A stretch of 10,482 bases of DNA, taken from NCBI GenBank assembly GCA_044352465.1, contig JBILDU010000100.1:1-10482 (forward strand). The letters run 5' to 3'. Below the pieces are notes generated by a model. That model saw only the letters and a program-made list of their open reading frames with translations, did not search any database and was not told the DNA's origin. Of this stretch, positions 5,940 to 10,482 are shown piece by piece. The DNA comes from Bdellovibrionota bacterium (GTDB taxonomy: Bacteria > Bdellovibrionota_C > UBA2361). A program made the translations under genes and the position numbers. Every line of letters begins with the position of its first letter. Position 1 is the first letter of the stretch.

Positions 5940-7466
5940 ATGCGACCTGAATTTTTAAAGAGCGAGCGGACCCAAGATGCTCTGGTAATCGCTGCCCTCC
6001 TCTTGCTATTCATCCAAGTACTTCTCTTGCGGGCCCCGCTCTCAGCGAGTCTCTGGCTCGATGAAACCTTGAGTGTGTGGGTGGGCCTCGCCTCATTCGG
6101 TGAAGTCGTTGATCGGGCCTTCACGTTTCAGGGACAGTCCCCGCTTTATTTTTTGATTCTCGGTGGGCTTGCACGCTACTCGACCCACGAGATCGTTCTG
6201 CGTCTGCCCTCGTTCGTGGCGCTCTTTGGGGCGGCGGTGGTCTTTTACCGGATTCTGCGGCGGTGGTTCACCCCTGAGGTCGGTATCCTCGGTGTCGCGC
6301 TTTTTCTCTCGATAGACCACGTCATGGTGGCAGGTCTCAGTGCTCGACCGTATGCACTGGCGCTCCTGACCGCGCTCGGTGGTACCCTCGTTTTGATGCG
6401 GTGGGTTGAGCTTGGGGGGTATTATGGTCGGCTCGCCCTTTGGACGGCCCTGATGGTCGCGACGTTCTATTTCCATTATCTCTTCGCAGCAATTGCTGTC
6501 GTGCACTTCACGTTCGTCGTACTGCGTTGGTCCCGTTTAACGACACGGCAGCGGTCTAGTTTCGTCACGGCCATCCTCATTGGCCTCATTGCAGCTTTAC
6601 CAGGCTTGCACCAACTTTTGGCGTTATCTCAGCGGGTGGAGTTATGGGATTTTGTCTCGGTGCCGGGCTGGGGGCAGTTGGCGCATACGCTGGTGCCGCT
6701 CGGTTCGGTCATCTTCGTAGGGACAGGTCTTGTTTTTACCCGGGTCTTGGGGCCCTATACGTGGCGGCCGGGATGGTGGTGGGGAGGGAGCCTTAACCTC
6801 GCCCCCCTGCTGATCTGGTGGCTCGGTGCGCCAACTTTCTTCTTTCTTCAGGCGCATGTCAGTGGCTTCTCGATGTATCTCGATCGGTGGTTTCTCTGGG
6901 TTGCTCCAGCCTCGTGTATCGTTATCTGCGCGTTGGTCGCCGGAATCGTTGAGCGGCGGTCCCGATTTATCGTGATCTGCGTGGCCCTGGCGTTCATGAT
7001 ATTTCGAGAGGCTGATCGACGGTGGCAGGTCGAGGATTGGCGGGGAGCCGCCGTTGTGGCTGGTGAGGAGATGCGGCGTGGCGGAGTGCTGCTTTATTCC
7101 GGTCTCATCGAGCTTGAGTCTCCGAGTTGGATCAGCGATCCCGTGAAGGCGCCGTATCTCGGTGGGCCTTTCACCGTCTATCCGATCGGGGGTCAACCGG
7201 TACTGCTCTCCTCTAATCCTGAGGATCCCTCGATGGAGGAGTATCGCCGTCGCACGGTGCTCCCATCTCTGGGCGGAGCAGAGAGCCTCCTCCTGGTGTC
7301 GGCAAAGAAAGCGACCGTTGTGGGAGAGAAAAAAGTATATGTATTTGATCGGTGGGTAAACTGGCTCCAAGACCATGGGTATCGGCGGGATGGCGAGCCG
7401 GTACCGCTCAAATCGCGAGAGATCACGGTACAACGGTTTGTCAGAGTGGGCGGGCCCCCCGCTTGA
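5940..7466 (+). CDS. GT-C fold membrane glycosyltransferase (GT39/GT83, PMT_2/ArnT-like)
   Basis: SLWLDE acidic motif after the first TM helix, QSPLYF, LRLPS, ARPYAL and FYFHY, many hydrophobic helices, and a soluble C-terminal domain beginning EDWRGAA. Confidence 0.88.
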   Translation: MRPEFLKSERTQDALVIAALLLLFIQVLLLRAPLSASLWLDETLSVWVGLASFGEVVDRAFTFQGQSPLYFLILGGLARYSTHEIVLRLPSFVALFGAAVVFYRILRRWFTPEVGILGVALFLSIDHVMVAGLSARPYALALLTALGGTLVLMRWVELGGYYGRLALWTALMVATFYFHYLFAAIAVVHFTFVVLRWSRLTTRQRSSFVTAILIGLIAALPGLHQLLALSQRVELWDFVSVPGWGQLAHTLVPLGSVIFVGTGLVFTRVLGPYTWRPGWWWGGSLNLAPLLIWWLGAPTFFFLQAHVSGFSMYLDRWFLWVAPASCIVICALVAGIVERRSRFIVICVALAFMIFREADRRWQVEDWRGAAVVAGEEMRRGGVLLYSGLIELESPSWISDPVKAPYLGGPFTVYPIGGQPVLLSSNPEDPSMEEYRRRTVLPSLGGAESLLLVSAKKATVVGEKKVYVFDRWVNWLQDHGYRRDGEPVPLKSREITVQRFVRVGGPPA

Positions 7467-7532
7467 TCGGGGACTGGACTCTCGGCGGTGAAACCGTGGG
7501 CTGCGCTTCAACTGCAGCGTCCTCTTTAAAGC

Positions 7533-8138
7533 TTAGCTGCCTAATCGCCAGAGCCCCCGTTTCTCGCGACGCGCCTGTGCCTCCGCCTGACGAAAGCGGC
7601 TCGCGTAACGGACGTCGGGGGGCAGGGTATACGCTGAGGCGAATCCTCCGAGCACTAACGCTTCGTTGAGCATGACTCCATCTTTTCGATAGACATAGGC
7701 GAGGAGACGGCCGTACTTGTCACGCCGACGCACATCAAACTCAAGTGAAACCTCCGCTCCCGGTTGGATAAGTGATCGCAGGTAGTCTCCGGCGGCCTTT
7801 CCCGCTGCGATGATCGTCTTGATATCTTGGCCTGTCCGAGCCGCGTCACGATGGGCTTTATCGTTCTCCCTTTTCTCAGGGGTATCGATCCCGATAAATC
7901 GGACCGTTGCGGTGCTCCCCCGAAAACGGATGGTAATCGTATCCCCATCAACCACCCGAAGAAGGGTGGCGAGCTCCGGGGAGGTATCTCGGAGCGCACC
8001 GGAGCGATTTGGAAAGGCTGGCGCCCCTTGTAAAGGAGGAGGTACTGCCGGAACACCGGTCGATTCTTGCTCCGGAAGAAAAACTCCCGCAGCGAGCATA
8101 CAGAGAAGAAGGGTGAACTTGATGAATCGCTTCGACAT
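7533..8138 (-). CDS. Thermonuclease (staphylococcal nuclease, SNase) family protein with N-terminal signal or anchor
   Basis: Motifs RVVDGDTI, VRFIGIDTPE, RDKYGRLLAYVY, NEALVLGG and ARREKRGLW. The N-terminus MSKRFIKFTLLLCMLAAGVFL looks like a signal peptide, favouring the ATG at 8138 over the one at 8162. Confidence 0.93.
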   Translation of the reverse strand: MSKRFIKFTLLLCMLAAGVFLPEQESTGVPAVPPPLQGAPAFPNRSGALRDTSPELATLLRVVDGDTITIRFRGSTATVRFIGIDTPEKRENDKAHRDAARTGQDIKTIIAAGKAAGDYLRSLIQPGAEVSLEFDVRRRDKYGRLLAYVYRKDGVMLNEALVLGGFASAYTLPPDVRYASRFRQAEAQARREKRGLWRLGS

Positions 8139-8298
8139 ATAACAAGGGAGACCCCGCTCCATGAGGAGTTGTTATATCACGGTTCCGGCGCGATGATAGC
8201 CCCATCGGAAATCGTATGGACTGTCGGTCTGATTCGCCGCGAGGACGGTAGGCGGCGAGGAAACGAGACTGATCGTCACCCAAAGAGCTGAAAGAGGT

Positions 8299-9165
8299 TT
8301 GATGTTCGGTATATCAGCGGCGCTTTTGAGCGCTGTATGCGCCACTGCGAAGGATATCGTCAGTAAACGGCTTGCCGGGGATGTTCCGGGGCGGGTTTCG
8401 GCGTTCGCTTCGTTTCTCTTTGCCCTTCCTTACTACCTCATTCTTCTCGCGATCCTTGCCGTTCTCGGAATCGAGACTTTTACTATCAGTGGATCGTTTT
8501 TCACCTTCGTTCTGCTGCGAGGATTGAGCGATACCGCCGCTGAGTGGATGAAGATGAACGCGCTCGGAGCAAGCGATCTCTCTTTTGTTGCGTGTTTTCT
8601 GGCGCTATCCCCGGTATTTCTGATCATAACCTCACCGATTCTCACCGGAGATCCGATCTCGCACGGAGAGATCGTTGCGCTTATTCTGGTGTGTATCGGC
8701 ACGATAATCGTTGCGTGGCGGCCGGGGCAAACGCTGGCGGTTCGAGACAAAAAAGGGATGTGGTGGGCGTTGGGAGCGGCGTTTTTTTTCTCGATCAATA
8801 CGTGCTTCGATAAGCTTGCCGTGCAGACTGCTTCGCCGACCCTTTCCGGCTTCGCGGTGACCCTGGTTGCGGCGGTCTTATTATTACCAACGGCGCAACG
8901 GTCGTCTGGAGCGGTCGAGTTATTGCGCCAGCATCACCGCCCCTTTCTGCTACGGGGTTTCTGGGAGCTTCTGTTCATGGTGATGAAGCTTTCGGCGTTG
9001 GTCTTCCTGTCAGCTCCCGCCGTCATGGCGCTTCAGCGCATCTCGCTTATTTTGAACGTCGTCAGTGGTAGAGCTTTATTTCAAGAGAGGGACTTCGGTC
9101 GACGGCTCCTCGCCGCACTACTTGTTTTTAGTGGGATATTGCTCGTGATTTTTGAAGCCCAATGA
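8299..9165 (+). CDS. EamA/DMT-family drug/metabolite transporter
   Basis: 288 aa with about 10 hydrophobic helices in two repeats. Family-like segments include KDIVSKR, SDLSFVACFLALSPVF, LTGDPIS, FDKLAV and LFQERDFGRRL. Confidence 0.88.
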   Translation: MMFGISAALLSAVCATAKDIVSKRLAGDVPGRVSAFASFLFALPYYLILLAILAVLGIETFTISGSFFTFVLLRGLSDTAAEWMKMNALGASDLSFVACFLALSPVFLIITSPILTGDPISHGEIVALILVCIGTIIVAWRPGQTLAVRDKKGMWWALGAAFFFSINTCFDKLAVQTASPTLSGFAVTLVAAVLLLPTAQRSSGAVELLRQHHRPFLLRGFWELLFMVMKLSALVFLSAPAVMALQRISLILNVVSGRALFQERDFGRRLLAALLVFSGILLVIFEAQ

Positions 9166-10482
9166 GGGATGAATCTTCGCCGTCGTCCGCTCAATTGTTG
9201 CGATATGTCCCGGAGACAACCGATAGAGCTCGTAGACCTCGCGATCGATAGCGGCGGTGGTGGTAGCGTCGGGTGGCGTATCGCCGAGCCTCGCTACGAG
9301 GCGACTTAAGGCAGACTCTCGTAAGTCGCCATCGGGTAGGGGGAACTCTTTCAGGTCGGCGATAAGGAGCTTCGGAAAAAGATGACGAGCACCTTTTCGT
9401 CCCCGGGTCATAAAGATAAAAGTTGCTAGTCTGGAGTTTAAAATCCCCACGAGCGCATGGAGAAAAGCGGTGTCTTGGCTGAGAATATGGAGGACTGACC
9501 GATTATACAGCGCTGTTTCTTCAATATACGCGCTGCTCACCGAATAAGGTGGGGGAGCCAAGATCTCGCGGACAATCACCCGTGGGCCGGAAAAAAAGGC
9601 GAGCTGTTGGGGCTCGGCAAGCCACGGACCGTGAGAGAGGTACCAACCGCTCCAAGTGATTCGGTATGGCTTGATGTCGCGGCCCTGGAGATATTTAAAA
9701 GAGGATAAGCCGCTCTGCGCGCGGGAGTGAAACGGGTGCTCGCGGACGACCGCGGCGCTTTGGGGCGGAGTGCCCCGCCCGGTTGCGTAGGCTTGTAGGG
9801 CGATGCGGGGAGTCGCGTCAAAATACCCCCCACTTAAAGTTCGCAACACCGTAAGGTGCTCCCACACTGCGGCGGTGCGGTCATCCCACAGTATCGGTAT
9901 CGGTGCTTCAGGCTCACTTTGGCACCGCTGGTACGAAAGTCTGCGGCGCGGAAACGCGGGGCCGACGGTAGAGCGACGAATCTCGATCTGAGATGTCGCG
10001 AGTCCGCGTTGAACGACGAAGAGTACGGTCTCTACTCCCCGCCCTGGAAAGGTGTTCGAGGGGAGGATGACGACTTCATGGAGTTCCCCACCTTTGAGGA
10101 AAAGCTCCCGGATATTACGGGCCTCTTTGATGCCGAGCCACGCATTCGGCACGATATACGCCAGGGTCCCACCAGGACGAAGGAGCTCGAAACCCCGGGC
10201 CATAAAGGCGAGGTACTTATTGATACGGCCGTTGCGGCTGCGGTGGAAGATCTGCTTGAGTGCTGAGTTCTCGCGGGGGGTAAGCTGAGCACCTCGAGCG
10301 AGACCATACGGCGGGTTACCAAGGATGACGTCAAATGCGGTTTGGAGCTCAAAGTGCTTCGAGGGATCGTCGAGAATGGTGTCTCCGGTTCGAATCTGAG
10401 CCGCGAGGAGTCTTTTGGTAGCTTTATCGTGAGCTCCGAGCGCTTGAGCTAGGAGAGTGCGGGTCGCCTCCGCCGCAGCGGG
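9118..10482 (-). CDS. Eco57I/M.TaqI-like N6-adenine DNA methyltransferase (5'-truncated by the window edge)
   Basis: The frame of the 9118-10203 ORF stays open to 10482 and reads QIRTGDTI...FDVILGNPPY (NPPY at 10306-10317), NKYLAFM, LLRPGGTLAYIVPNAWL. A TaqI_C-like region follows (YLQGRDIKPY, VGILNSRL), then the family C-terminal motif IDREVYELYRLS. Confidence 0.92.
   Translation of the reverse strand, partial: PAAAEATRTLLAQALGAHDKATKRLLAAQIRTGDTILDDPSKHFELQTAFDVILGNPPYGLARGAQLTPRENSALKQIFHRSRNGRINKYLAFMARGFELLRPGGTLAYIVPNAWLGIKEARNIRELFLKGGELHEVVILPSNTFPGRGVETVLFVVQRGLATSQIEIRRSTVGPAFPRRRLSYQRCQSEPEAPIPILWDDRTAAVWEHLTVLRTLSGGYFDATPRIALQAYATGRGTPPQSAAVVREHPFHSRAQSGLSSFKYLQGRDIKPYRITWSGWYLSHGPWLAEPQQLAFFSGPRVIVREILAPPPYSVSSAYIEETALYNRSVLHILSQDTAFLHALVGILNSRLATFIFMTRGRKGARHLFPKLLIADLKEFPLPDGDLRESALSRLVARLGDTPPDATTTAAIDREVYELYRLSPGHIATIERTTAKIHPSLGFKNHEQYPTKNK

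Noticed and set aside
6642..7511. 289-aa minus-strand ORF and the other overlapping short ORFs in the track
   Set aside because: These are antisense or alternative-frame shadows of well-supported genes, Arg/Pro/Ser-rich and without motifs.
7533..10482. Thermonuclease plus methyltransferase as a novel restriction-modification pair
   Set aside because: The nuclease has a signal or anchor sequence and belongs to a non-specific family. The two genes are separated by an oppositely oriented transporter.

Overview
A gene-dense bacterial chromosomal segment, GC-rich by eye and probably from an LPS-making diderm because it carries a KdsD/KpsF-type isomerase. From left to right: a structured non-coding region (about 85-257); a run of minus-strand genes (TerB-family protein, arabinose-5-phosphate isomerase KdsD, small three-helix membrane protein, TraB/GumN protein, CopA-like P1B ATPase); a divergent GT-C (PMT/ArnT-like) glycosyltransferase; an exported thermonuclease; an EamA/DMT transporter; and the 3' part of an Eco57I/TaqI-like N6-adenine DNA methyltransferase that runs off the right edge. 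Most genes are ordinary. The standout is at 143-261: two ~61-bp imperfect hairpin units in inverted orientation, arranged CTAG-unit A-CTAG-unit B-CTAG. They share an asymmetric TCGACCA motif and show compensatory GG/CC versus CC/GG changes in the closing stem. I do not recognise this element. It could be an undescribed REP/BIME-like or MITE-like palindromic element, or a 3'-UTR RNA motif. All calls come from reading the sequence by eye; no searches were run.
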